The notes: generated from the letters alone by a model not told the origin. A stretch of DNA of 64,000 nt from an uncultured Chthonomonadaceae bacterium (GCA_964396385.1 CAYNFH010000004.1:5008-69007), one strand, 5' to 3'. Shown: positions 27,168 to 35,852, numbered from the stretch's first letter. Numbers and translations: made by a program.

Positions 27168-28241
27168 ATGTCCATTGTAGATTCCACAGCTCTCTTTTGG
27201 GAGCACCATTCCGACCTTCTGAATGAGTTCCGAACTTCGCAGCGCAGTTCAGCCGACCCAATTGGCAAGTTGCTCCGCGAGACGTGTAGCTCACCAACCG
27301 CGACGGTCGAGAGAGCCTTTGCCTTGGCGAAAGACATGATCCCCGCGGCTCAAGAGGGGGATTTTCGGGTACTCGAGTCTCTTGGACGCGATACAGTGTG
27401 GACAGCGCTGGTATATATGGAAACTTGGGGGCGTGATGATAAGGTCACTTCAGGAGAATTGGATGGTTCAGAGGAAGTGGATCCACGTCGGAGTCAGTTA
27501 GAGCGGCTCGAAGCGCTAGTCAAAGAGAAAGGCCATGACTACAACTCGGGCGGCGTGCCTATCCTCTCTTACTTCGTTTGGCAGGAGCGGAGCATCGTAC
27601 ACGAGATCCACAAGAGGGCGCAACGTCTTTACTCGATAGATAGAGCAGGTAGCGCGAAATTCGAAGGGGCTGCTTCAACGGCATTCGACCTGTGCTCCTT
27701 CGCACTGTTTCTGCTGGCCTACCTACGGACGTTCGGTCAGGACCCGCTTAACCGCTATACCATCTGCTCCTATGGGTACATCGATGCGATTGTGGGTACT
27801 CTTTGCTACCTCAGGCGCGATGGACTGACGCTTGTGCTGCGCTCCGATGATCGCAGGACCGGAGCCTGTAACGGTCTGGGCGGCAAAGTTGAAGGGGCGG
27901 AGACACCTCGTAGCTGCGCAATGCGCGAGATTGCGGAGGAGTGCGGCCTTCAGGTGACGGACTTGGCACTCAGAGGAATTGTCACAGTTGTTGGTGAGAG
28001 GACATGTCCGTGGCACCTGTTCATATACACAGGGTCGGATTGGGTAGGTGAACCTCGTGAATTGACCAGTCATGGCACTTTGGAATGGGTCCCTGATCAC
28101 GACCTCCCGCAGTTGTCGCTAGGGCAGGGTGACCGCTACTTCCTAGAGCGGTTGGATATGCTTGGTTGGTTCGAGGGAGTATTGGAGTACAGGGATGGGG
28201 CATTGGTCCGGCACGACTTCGTCCAGCACGGCGACGGATAA
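27168..28241 (+). CDS. All-alpha MazG/DUF1599-like domain (tentative) fused to a NUDIX hydrolase
   Basis: Nudix box GKVEGAETPRSCAMREIAEECGL fits G-x5-E-x7-REUxEExGU. N-terminal KGHDYNSG...HEIHKRAQRLYSI...AFDLCSFALFLLAY resembles DUF1599. ATG 27135 is an alternative start. Confidence 0.75.
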   Translation: MSIVDSTALFWEHHSDLLNEFRTSQRSSADPIGKLLRETCSSPTATVERAFALAKDMIPAAQEGDFRVLESLGRDTVWTALVYMETWGRDDKVTSGELDGSEEVDPRRSQLERLEALVKEKGHDYNSGGVPILSYFVWQERSIVHEIHKRAQRLYSIDRAGSAKFEGAASTAFDLCSFALFLLAYLRTFGQDPLNRYTICSYGYIDAIVGTLCYLRRDGLTLVLRSDDRRTGACNGLGGKVEGAETPRSCAMREIAEECGLQVTDLALRGIVTVVGERTCPWHLFIYTGSDWVGEPRELTSHGTLEWVPDHDLPQLSLGQGDRYFLERLDMLGWFEGVLEYRDGALVRHDFVQHGDG

Positions 28242-28386
28242 TTAGGCTCGCAGGCAGCCGGCCGGCGGAAGAGGGACCGTTTCCTGTACGTTTTTTGTCC
28301 CGATGGTTCGCGAGGGTTGTGCCACCAAGTTTGCCGGCGGCGAAACATCCCTTTCTTCTTGGATTCTAGGCTGAGGAGGCCGCGCT

Positions 28387-29244
28387 TTGCTCGCGCTGCA
28401 CATCACTCAGGATGAAATAGACGCCCGGACAATTCGGCCGGACCACCTGCAAGCCGCTGTCAAGGCGGTCCGGCAGGATGGGCTGGTGGTGCTCAACAAT
28501 GTGGTTGCAGAGGAGCACCTGGATCTGCTGCACGCACGGATGGTGGAGGACCTGGAGCTCCTCCAAAGCCGGCCGGACGCGCCGTTCAACTGGAACACCG
28601 GCAACATTCAGCAGGACCCGCCCCCCTTCCCGCCCTTCCTGTTCCGTGACGTGCTCGTGAACGATGTGGTGGTGGCTGTCACCCAGGCCATCCTGGGTAA
28701 GGGTGTGAAGAACGCGTACTACAGCGGCAACACCGCGCTTAACAGCACGGAGCGGCAGCCCGTCCACGTGGATACGGGCCAGCTATGGGCCAACCTGGCG
28801 GTGGCGCACCCCGCCTTCGGCCTGGTGGTTAACGTGCCGACCGTGGACATGACCGCGGAGAACGGCAGCACCGAGATATGGCCCGGGACGCACCTGGACA
28901 CAACCATCTCCGTCCATGACGAGCTGGAGCTACCTGCAGGGAAAGTGGAGCGCAGGCGCGCGGAGGCCCCGCCCATCCAGCCCACCGTCCGCCGCGGTGC
29001 CGCCCTCATCCGGGACCTCCGGCTCTGGCACGCAGGCATGCCCAACCGTACCACCACGCCGCGGCCCATGATCGCCATGATCCACTACGCCCGCTGGATG
29101 GACACGGGCACGCCGCTGCGGTTCCCGGCCGGCACGGAGCCGATCTTTGCGGACAGCCCGCTAAGGACCTGCGCCCGCTTCGTAGACGAGCCTATCGACT
29201 ACATCCGCGCGCCGCAGGCGTACAAGTACGGGGTTGAAGGTTGA
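28387..29244 (+). CDS. Phytanoyl-CoA dioxygenase (PhyH) family oxygenase
   Basis: HVDTG...TEIWPGTH...LWHAGMPN pattern. TTG start behind a TGAGGAGG RBS. Confidence 0.8.
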   Translation: MLALHITQDEIDARTIRPDHLQAAVKAVRQDGLVVLNNVVAEEHLDLLHARMVEDLELLQSRPDAPFNWNTGNIQQDPPPFPPFLFRDVLVNDVVVAVTQAILGKGVKNAYYSGNTALNSTERQPVHVDTGQLWANLAVAHPAFGLVVNVPTVDMTAENGSTEIWPGTHLDTTISVHDELELPAGKVERRRAEAPPIQPTVRRGAALIRDLRLWHAGMPNRTTTPRPMIAMIHYARWMDTGTPLRFPAGTEPIFADSPLRTCARFVDEPIDYIRAPQAYKYGVEG

Positions 29245-29275
29245 AGGACTTAGGGATAGATCAGAAGTAGGACGT

Positions 29276-30346
29276 ATGAGATACGCAACTCGGATAGGTC
29301 TAGTCATCCTATTGGGCTTAGGCGGGACTGTTGTCCCGTGGGTCCGTGTTCCGGCGCACGCGGGGCGTGCGGGGGCGGCCCGCACCTACACGAACCCGGT
29401 GTGGAACCACGATTTCCCGGATCCGTTTCTCCTGGAGTACGGGGGCCGGTTCTATGCGTACGCTACCCAGACCAACGGCTATGGCTACCAGGTGATGGAG
29501 TCGCCGGACATGGTCCGCTGGACCCATCGGGGCACGGCCTACATCCCGCCATGGTCCAGGGAGCACCTGTGGGCGCCGGAGGTGGTGCACTACCGCGGCC
29601 GGTTCTACCTGATCCACTCGGCGCGCAACCCGCAGAGCGGCCGGCACGACATCGGCATCGCTACCTCGGAGAGCCCGCTCGGCCCGTTCATGTACGGCGC
29701 CATCCTGGTGCGCGCGGACGAGAAGGTGGGCGGCTGCATCGACGCGGACATCTTCTTCGATAGGGACGGCACGCCCTATCTCACGTACTCGGAGGAGCAC
29801 CCGCGGCGCATCGTAGTGCGCAGGATGGCCCCGGACCTGATGTCGGTGGATTCGGAGGTGACGGAGCTGGTCCGCCCAGACCGGCCGTGGGAGCGCGGCG
29901 TCACAGAGGCGCCCACACTCATCCTGCGGAACGGCGTCTACCATCTCTTCTTCTCCGTGGGGTGGTACCAGAGCAACAAGAAGGACGCCTGCTACGCCGT
30001 CTGTCACGCCAGCAGCCGCTCCGTGCGGGGACCATTCGTGAAGGACCCGGACCCCATCCTCGCGACCGTGCCGGAGAAGGTGTACGGCCCCGGCCACCAG
30101 TGCGTAATCCGGCTTCCGAGCGGAGAGTGGTGGATGGGCTACCACGGCTGGGACAACCAGAACGAGCCGATGTACGGCTCCAACCCCATCGGCCGCTCCC
30201 TGCGCATCGACCGGATGGAGTGGCATCGCGACTCCCCCCGCGTTCTGGGCCCCACCACCACGCCACAGCCCGCCCCCAACCTCCGCGGCCTCCGCATGAA
30301 TCCCATACGGACCGAGCAAAGGAGCCACGCCCATGCCGGACGGTAG
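29276..30346 (+). CDS. Glycoside hydrolase family 43 (secreted paralogue)
   Basis: Signal peptide plus NPVWNHDFPDPF. High nucleotide identity to the 19656-20714 gene over the TEAPTLILRNGVYHLFFSVGWYQS region. Confidence 0.85.
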   Translation: MRYATRIGLVILLGLGGTVVPWVRVPAHAGRAGAARTYTNPVWNHDFPDPFLLEYGGRFYAYATQTNGYGYQVMESPDMVRWTHRGTAYIPPWSREHLWAPEVVHYRGRFYLIHSARNPQSGRHDIGIATSESPLGPFMYGAILVRADEKVGGCIDADIFFDRDGTPYLTYSEEHPRRIVVRRMAPDLMSVDSEVTELVRPDRPWERGVTEAPTLILRNGVYHLFFSVGWYQSNKKDACYAVCHASSRSVRGPFVKDPDPILATVPEKVYGPGHQCVIRLPSGEWWMGYHGWDNQNEPMYGSNPIGRSLRIDRMEWHRDSPRVLGPTTTPQPAPNLRGLRMNPIRTEQRSHAHAGR

Positions 30347-32831
30347 CGGAATCACGCGCCGCAGGTTCCTTGCCACATCGCTGGCAGGGCTCGCCGCAGT
30401 GGAGTGGCCCAGTGCGGAGGGAATGCCGCGCGACCACGCCGCCGTCCAGGATGCGCTGGCGCTGACGGACCCGGCCGGCGTGCGCCTGCAAGGGTACGTG
30501 GGCGAGAAGATAGACCTGGACCTCCGCAACCGCGTCATGGCGCAGGACATCCACAAGCTGGTGAAGCCCTTCTTCGACCAGACGGAGGTGGGTGACGGCG
30601 ACTGGCGCAACGAGTACTGGGGCAAGTGGATCACCTCCGCGGTAGAAGCGTACGACTACGAGCCCTCCCCGGAGCGCCGAGCCGTTGTGGAGCGCGGCGT
30701 AAGCGAGCTGCTGCCCGCCCAGAATCCGGACGGCTACATCGGCACGCGCAGCAAGGCCAGCCGCCTGCACGGGTGGGACGTTTGGGGCCGCAAGTACGTG
30801 CTGCTGGGGCTCCTCGCCTGCTACGATATGACCGGCAGCCGCACCATCCTGAACGCCGCCCGGCGCCACGAGGACAGCCTGCTCGCGGAGGTCGGCCCGG
30901 AGCCGGGCAAGGCCAACATCGCGGAGGTGAGCTACCAGGACCACCAGAGCCTGCCTTCCTGTTCCGTGCTGGAGCCCACGGTGCTGCTCTACCGCCGCAC
31001 CGGCGACCCGCGCTACCTGCGGTTTGCCGAGTACATTGTGGGCCAGTGGTCCAGGCCCAACCGCTTCAATCCCACCGGCATCCGGCTGGTAGAGAAGGCT
31101 ACTGTGGGCGCGCCGCCTTCCAGCATAGCTAATGGCAAGGCTTACGAGATGACCTCCTGCTTCGAGGGGCTGGCGGAGCTGTACCGCGCCACCGGGAAAC
31201 CGGAGTACCTGGAGGCGTGCCGGCGTTACGCGGACGGAATCGTGCGGGACGAGCTGTTCGTAGTCGGCTCCGGCTCCAGCCGGGAGGTGTGGTTCGGCGG
31301 CCGATCCAAACAGACGCAGGATAACCCGGATCCGATGGAGACCTGCGTCACGGCCACATGGATGAAGTACTGCCTGCAACTCCTCCGGCTCACCGGCGAC
31401 TCCCGGTACGCGGACCAGATGGAGATCAGCCTGTACAACGCGCTGCTGGGCGCGCTTAAGCCGGACGGAAGCTGGTGGGGCTACTACACGCCCATGCAGG
31501 GAATCAAGCGGCCGAGCGGCATCCAGCACGCGGACGTGGGGCTGAGCTGCTGCGTGGCCAACGGTCCCCGCGCCCTGATGCTCACGCCGCAGTGGGCCGT
31601 TATGGCCAGTGGCCGCCGACAGGAATCCGGTCTCACGACTCACGACTCACGACTCACGACTTTCGATGGCGTCGTGGTGAACGTGTACTGTCCGGGCACG
31701 GCGACAGCGAGGATGGCGTCCGGGCGGCGCGTCCGAATCGAGCAGGAGACGGAATATCCCGTGACGGACCAGGTGCGGCTCACAGTGCGGCCGGAGCGTC
31801 CGGCCACCTTTACGCTCAGCCTGCGCATCCCGGAGTGGAGCGAGCGGAACGCGCTGGAGGTGAACGGCCGGCCGGCGGACGTGGAGCTCCGGCCGGGCTC
31901 GTACGCGGCGGTCCGTCGCCCGTGGAAGCCGGGCGACACGGTTACGCTCACGCTGGACCTGCGCGGCAGGGTGCTGGAGGACCCCGGCAAGTCCGGAGCA
32001 GTCGCCGTCCTGCGCGGGCCGATTGTGCTGGCGATGGATCGGCGGCTGGTGAAAGATGACGGAGGACGGAGGACGGAGGACAGATCCGGAATCCGACTCA
32101 TCAACCCTCAACCTTCAACCTTCAACCAGATGCCGGATGGGCGGATCGAGCTGAAGCAACTGGCGGCGCCGGCAGGAATCTGGATGGCCTTTGAGGCGCC
32201 GTGCTCGACGGAGGGCGGCGGAGAGGCCCGGCTGCCGCTGTGCGACTACGCCTCGGCGGGCAACACGTGGGGTCGGGATTCGGAGTTCCGCGTGTGGCTG
32301 CCCCAGCCGCTGGAGGGGTTCGGGTCCGAGGCCGTCTCCCTCCAGGGCGCTTCCTGGATCTGGTTCGCAGGGGATCGCGGCGCCCGGTCGCAGCGTTACG
32401 CGCCTGCGGAGGACCTGCCGGCGGGGACGCGATACTTCCGGCGCGTCCTGGAGGTTCCATCCGGGATCCGGCGGGCGCGCATCACGCTCACCGCCGACGA
32501 CGGCTTCGTGCTCTACGTGAACGGCGAGGAAGTAGGGCAGGCGGCGGACTGGGGGCACCTGCACACGTTCGACATCACGCGCCGCCTCCGCGCCGGACGA
32601 AACGTGATCGCGGTGGCAGCCACCAACGCGAGCGTGTCTCCAGCCGGGCTTATCGCCGGCATCGAGCTGCTGCCAGCCGGCGGCCGGCCGGTTGTGCTGC
32701 TCACGGGCGCGGACTGGAAGAGCGCTGAGAATTCCGGAGCGAACTGGCAGGCGGTGGAATTCGACGACAGCGTCTGGTCCGCCGCCCGAGTCCTCGGCCC
32801 GTTCGGCATGGCTCCCTGGGGCGACTTGTAG
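30333..32831 (+). CDS. GH127-like (DUF1680, beta-L-arabinofuranosidase family) protein with a TAT signal and a C-terminal galactose-binding/rhamnosidase-N-like domain
   Basis: TAT motif RRRFLATSLAG. GLSCCVANGPR matches the Cys-Cys zinc/nucleophile motif of GH127. C-terminal WIWF...TRYFRR...LTADDGFVLYVNGEEVG. Two low-complexity inserts. Confidence 0.8.
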   Translation: MPDGSGITRRRFLATSLAGLAAVEWPSAEGMPRDHAAVQDALALTDPAGVRLQGYVGEKIDLDLRNRVMAQDIHKLVKPFFDQTEVGDGDWRNEYWGKWITSAVEAYDYEPSPERRAVVERGVSELLPAQNPDGYIGTRSKASRLHGWDVWGRKYVLLGLLACYDMTGSRTILNAARRHEDSLLAEVGPEPGKANIAEVSYQDHQSLPSCSVLEPTVLLYRRTGDPRYLRFAEYIVGQWSRPNRFNPTGIRLVEKATVGAPPSSIANGKAYEMTSCFEGLAELYRATGKPEYLEACRRYADGIVRDELFVVGSGSSREVWFGGRSKQTQDNPDPMETCVTATWMKYCLQLLRLTGDSRYADQMEISLYNALLGALKPDGSWWGYYTPMQGIKRPSGIQHADVGLSCCVANGPRALMLTPQWAVMASGRRQESGLTTHDSRLTTFDGVVVNVYCPGTATARMASGRRVRIEQETEYPVTDQVRLTVRPERPATFTLSLRIPEWSERNALEVNGRPADVELRPGSYAAVRRPWKPGDTVTLTLDLRGRVLEDPGKSGAVAVLRGPIVLAMDRRLVKDDGGRRTEDRSGIRLINPQPSTFNQMPDGRIELKQLAAPAGIWMAFEAPCSTEGGGEARLPLCDYASAGNTWGRDSEFRVWLPQPLEGFGSEAVSLQGASWIWFAGDRGARSQRYAPAEDLPAGTRYFRRVLEVPSGIRRARITLTADDGFVLYVNGEEVGQAADWGHLHTFDITRRLRAGRNVIAVAATNASVSPAGLIAGIELLPAGGRPVVLLTGADWKSAENSGANWQAVEFDDSVWSAARVLGPFGMAPWGDL
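31623..31661. repeat. Heptamer element inside the GH127 CDS (GGAATCCGG core plus CACGACT x4)
   Basis: Reverse complement of the GAGTCGT x4 / GAGACCGGAATC segment at 1977-2012. Encodes SGLTTHDSRLTT in both host genes. Confidence 0.85.
32061..32128. repeat. Heptamer element inside the GH127 CDS (GGAGGAC x3, CCGGAATCC core, TCAACCT x4)
   Basis: Read directly from the sequence. The GGAGGAC arm recurs in queE (57011-57045) and at 52174-52224. The TCAACCT arm recurs, reverse-complemented, at 29232-29245. Confidence 0.85.
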
Positions 32832-33105
32832 GGCCGGTCCCGCGTAGCCGCCCGCCTCGCCTGCAACCTCGGCGTGCCGGGCTGGGTTCTAGAGGCAGGA
32901 GGAAGTCGTGCCTGAGCCATCTGAGAGACCGGAGCCGTCGATTGGGGCGCTGATTGCGCGCGGGATCGCGATGATCGTGTGCGCGATTGTCGCGGCGAAC
33001 GTGATCCTCGCGCTGCATGCGCCGGTGGGGCACTGAGGTCCCCTGGCATGGGCCGGCGATTCCGGTACTGTCTGGACCCGGTGTTCCTGGGGGCCGCCGC
33101 GCTCT
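32826..33105 (+). repeat. Left copy of an approximately 280-bp direct repeat
   Basis: Near-identical to 40588-40866 with only scattered mismatches. Covers a small ORF plus the first 19 or so codons of the membrane protein gene. Confidence 0.9.
32908..33036 (+). CDS. Small membrane protein (42 aa), duplicated at 40670-40798
   Basis: GTG start behind a GGAGGAAG RBS. Sequence VPEPSERPEPSIGALIARGIAMIVCAIVAANVILALHAPVGH. Confidence 0.4.
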   Translation: MPEPSERPEPSIGALIARGIAMIVCAIVAANVILALHAPVGH

Positions 33106-33464
33106 ACCTGCTCAACCGCTTCGCGCTGAAGCCGCTGGAGGGGCCACATGGCGGCTTCTTCCACAGCTACGGCAACGACCTGCTCTGCATCCCCTTCTGC
33201 CTTCCTCCCTGCCTCTGGGCGTACCGCCGTCTCGGCGTGCGGGACCATGACCGGATGCCGACGCGCTTTGAGCTGGCGGCGCACGTGGTGGTCTGGTCCG
33301 TCTACTTCGAGGCCGTCGCGCCGCACCTGCGGGCGTTCTCCTGGACGGTAGGAGATCCGTGGGATGCGGTGAGCTACGCGGTGGGGGCGGCGGTGGCGGG
33401 CGTGTTCTGGGGAGTGTTCCGCCCGGCGACCGCGGCGCGCCCTGTTGCGGAGGCGGCGCCGTGA
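33048..33464 (+). CDS. Small polytopic membrane protein
   Basis: 138 aa with 3-4 hydrophobic segments. Its first 19 or so codons are duplicated as a truncated remnant at 40810-40881. Confidence 0.55.
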   Translation: MGRRFRYCLDPVFLGAAALYLLNRFALKPLEGPHGGFFHSYGNDLLCIPFCLPPCLWAYRRLGVRDHDRMPTRFELAAHVVVWSVYFEAVAPHLRAFSWTVGDPWDAVSYAVGAAVAGVFWGVFRPATAARPVAEAAP

Positions 33465-34252
33465 AGCGGCTCGCTTTCGCGGCGTACTCGCTGGCGTGCC
33501 TGAGTGCGCTGGCGGTGCCGGTACGGGCGCTTGGCTATGTGGCATCCTTGCCTCAGCGGCACCTCATACCCCTCTGGACAGTCCTCTGGTGGCTGGCGGC
33601 CATCGCCGCGCCGCTTGGAGCCGTGTTGGGCGGCTTGTGCGCACTGCTGCGCTCGGAGAGCGGGCGACGGATTCCGCACCCGCGGGCTACGGCGGCTATC
33701 GTGGTGGGCGGATTCAGCGCGCTCATCATGCCGTACATGATTCGGTATGTGGACGAAGCGCGGGGCATCCTCTACGACAATTCCGGACGGAAGGCAGCCT
33801 GTTTCAGCAATTTGAGGCAGGTGGGTCTCGCCGTGTCGATGTACGCTCAGGACTACGACCGACAGCTTCCCTTCGCAGCGAGTTGGCACGACGCCGTCTA
33901 TCCATACCTCAAGAACGAGTATGTCTTTCAATGTCCATCTGCAGAGGACCAAACGCAGTCGTCGTATGGACTCAATCGGCGCATCACCGGCCTGCACCTG
34001 CCCGACTTGAGCAATCCAGTTGAGGCCGTGATGGATTTCGACTCCATTCCGGGCAGGAACCAAGCTGGCGGAGTGGAGCTGCTGCCCGAACCGCCGCGCC
34101 ACGTGGATGGGGAGAATATCGGGTTCATCGACGGTCACGTGAAGTTCACGGCTGAGGGTCGAATCCCTAGTCTGGAGTGGCGACCAACACTTCTGACTAC
34201 CGGCGCACCGGAGCATGGAGATCGAAGAGGTCGAAGAGTTCGGTCTCGGTGA
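33461..34252 (+). CDS. Membrane protein with a DUF1559-like (H-X9-DG) C-terminal domain
   Basis: GTG start overlaps the upstream TGA. Three TM segments, then NLRQVGLAVSMYAQDYD and HVDGENIGFIDGHV. Confidence 0.6.
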   Translation: MKRLAFAAYSLACLSALAVPVRALGYVASLPQRHLIPLWTVLWWLAAIAAPLGAVLGGLCALLRSESGRRIPHPRATAAIVVGGFSALIMPYMIRYVDEARGILYDNSGRKAACFSNLRQVGLAVSMYAQDYDRQLPFAASWHDAVYPYLKNEYVFQCPSAEDQTQSSYGLNRRITGLHLPDLSNPVEAVMDFDSIPGRNQAGGVELLPEPPRHVDGENIGFIDGHVKFTAEGRIPSLEWRPTLLTTGAPEHGDRRGRRVRSR

Positions 34253-35846
34253 GGGCGGTGGAGAGATCGAGGGTGGCATCGTCCACCACCTCCTGGAAGA
34301 TGCGGCGCTTCTCGCGCAGCTTGGCGTCGATACGCTCCTCGATGGTATTCGCGCAGACGTATCGATAGACGGTAACCGGGCGCTCCTGACCCAACCGGTG
34401 CGCCCGGCCCTCCGCTTGGTCCTCCACCGCGGGATTCCACCAGCGGTCCAGGTGGAAGACGTAGGACGCGGCCTGCAGGTTGAGGCCGTACCCTCCTGCC
34501 CTCAACGAGAGCAGAAGCGCCCTGTGCTCCGGATGGGAGAGAAAGAGATCCACTACCCGGGTACGCTCCCGGAGGCTCATCTTGCCGGTAAACAGGAGCG
34601 GCTTGAACTCTGCCAGGCAGGCCGCTGCCCGCTCCAGCCCGAACGTGGCGTCCACGAACTGAGAGAAGACAAGCGCCTTCTGGCCCTCCTGCTCCAGCAG
34701 CCGCAGCCTTTCGGAGATATCGGCCAGCTTCCCGGATTCGCCGGTGGCCGGATCGAAGTTGCAGAGCTGCTTGAGTCGCGCGATGAGCTCGAGCACATGG
34801 ACGATGTTGACGGCGCCCTCCGCCCTGCGGAGCCGAACGATCCCCTCCTGCTCGGCCAGTTCGTACGCCGCCCTCTGCCCGGCCGGAAGCTCAATAACCA
34901 CCTCGTTGATCCGCTTGCGCGGCAGTTCCGGCAGCACGTCCTCCATCCGCCGTCGGAGCTGGACGGAATGCAGACGGGCGCGAACCTGTGCCGGCTCGGA
35001 GGAAGTCGAGGGCTCCTGCCAGTCTGGCAGCAGAAAGGCGAGCAGCGAAGCCACGTCCTCCAGACTGTTCTCCAGTGGAGTACCCGTGAGCGCCCACCGG
35101 CGCGAGGCCGGGACTCGCCGGCAGGCTACGGAGACCGCCGCGTGTCGGTTCTTGATGCGCGAAGCCTCATCCAGAATCAGAACGCTCCATGGCGCACGCA
35201 TGGCCGGGCTGTCCCGCACCTCCATCACGTCTGACCGGACCGTCTCATAACCGGCCAGCCGCACGTGTGCCGGCACGCGCCAGAGGTGGCCGCGCTCAGC
35301 CGGATCACCGGATACCATCGCCACCCGCAGGTCCGGCGCCCACCGCGCTAACTCTCGCCGCCACTGGGGCAGGAGCGACGCCGGACATACGATCAGAGCC
35401 GATTCCGCCTCCTGCCGGTGGAACAGGATGCGCAGCGCGGCGATGGTCTGGACGGTCTTGCCGAGACCCATCGAGTCCGCAAGGAGCAGGGCGGACCGGG
35501 TGAGAAGCGCCAGGACCCCTTCTCGCTGGTATGGCAGCAGCGGTGCGGGCCATTCCAGCACGCCATTGGGCGTTGCGAGCGAGGTGACGGGACACTGCAG
35601 CGCTGCAGCCAGCCTCCGCAGGAGGTCGGCGGCCTCCGAAAGCGGCGGCTTGTCCCCTAAGCCTTCCTCGCCCTCTCCGTTAGCGGAGTCCAAGGCGTCG
35701 CTCAGCGCATCGAAATCAAACCAGCCGATGGTGTGCCGCAGGGCGCGGCCCATGCTCCAGGTGGGCGGTTCGACGCGGCCTGCTTCTGCCAGGCGGAAGG
35801 CACCAACCGGCTCCCGCCGTGCGATGCCAACGCTAAAGGGTGTCAT
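34197..35846 (-). CDS. SNF2-family helicase (compact, 549 aa)
   Basis: LLPYQREGV, DSMGLGKTVQ (motif I), LILDEASRIKN (motif II), LVFSQF, and RAHRLGQERPVTVYRYV (motif VI). Confidence 0.9.
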   Translation of the reverse strand: MTPFSVGIARREPVGAFRLAEAGRVEPPTWSMGRALRHTIGWFDFDALSDALDSANGEGEEGLGDKPPLSEAADLLRRLAAALQCPVTSLATPNGVLEWPAPLLPYQREGVLALLTRSALLLADSMGLGKTVQTIAALRILFHRQEAESALIVCPASLLPQWRRELARWAPDLRVAMVSGDPAERGHLWRVPAHVRLAGYETVRSDVMEVRDSPAMRAPWSVLILDEASRIKNRHAAVSVACRRVPASRRWALTGTPLENSLEDVASLLAFLLPDWQEPSTSSEPAQVRARLHSVQLRRRMEDVLPELPRKRINEVVIELPAGQRAAYELAEQEGIVRLRRAEGAVNIVHVLELIARLKQLCNFDPATGESGKLADISERLRLLEQEGQKALVFSQFVDATFGLERAAACLAEFKPLLFTGKMSLRERTRVVDLFLSHPEHRALLLSLRAGGYGLNLQAASYVFHLDRWWNPAVEDQAEGRAHRLGQERPVTVYRYVCANTIEERIDAKLREKRRIFQEVVDDATLDLSTALTETELFDLFDLHAPVRR

Positions 35847-35852
35847 TGAGTC

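Noticed and set aside
23011-28241. Assignment of the island to Qat, type IV CBASS or Dpd because it contains a QueC-like gene
   Set aside because: I found no QatA-type ATPase, QatB or TatD nuclease. I also found no CD-NTase or TGT-like gene, and no DpdA or DpdB. The partner genes here (SIR2-kinase, NDT-like, NUDIX) differ from all three systems.
29232-29245. GGTTGAA x2 at the 3' end of the PhyH gene as a separate repeat element
   Set aside because: There are only two copies. I noted it as a shared arm word with 32101-32128 but it is too short to call as an independent feature.
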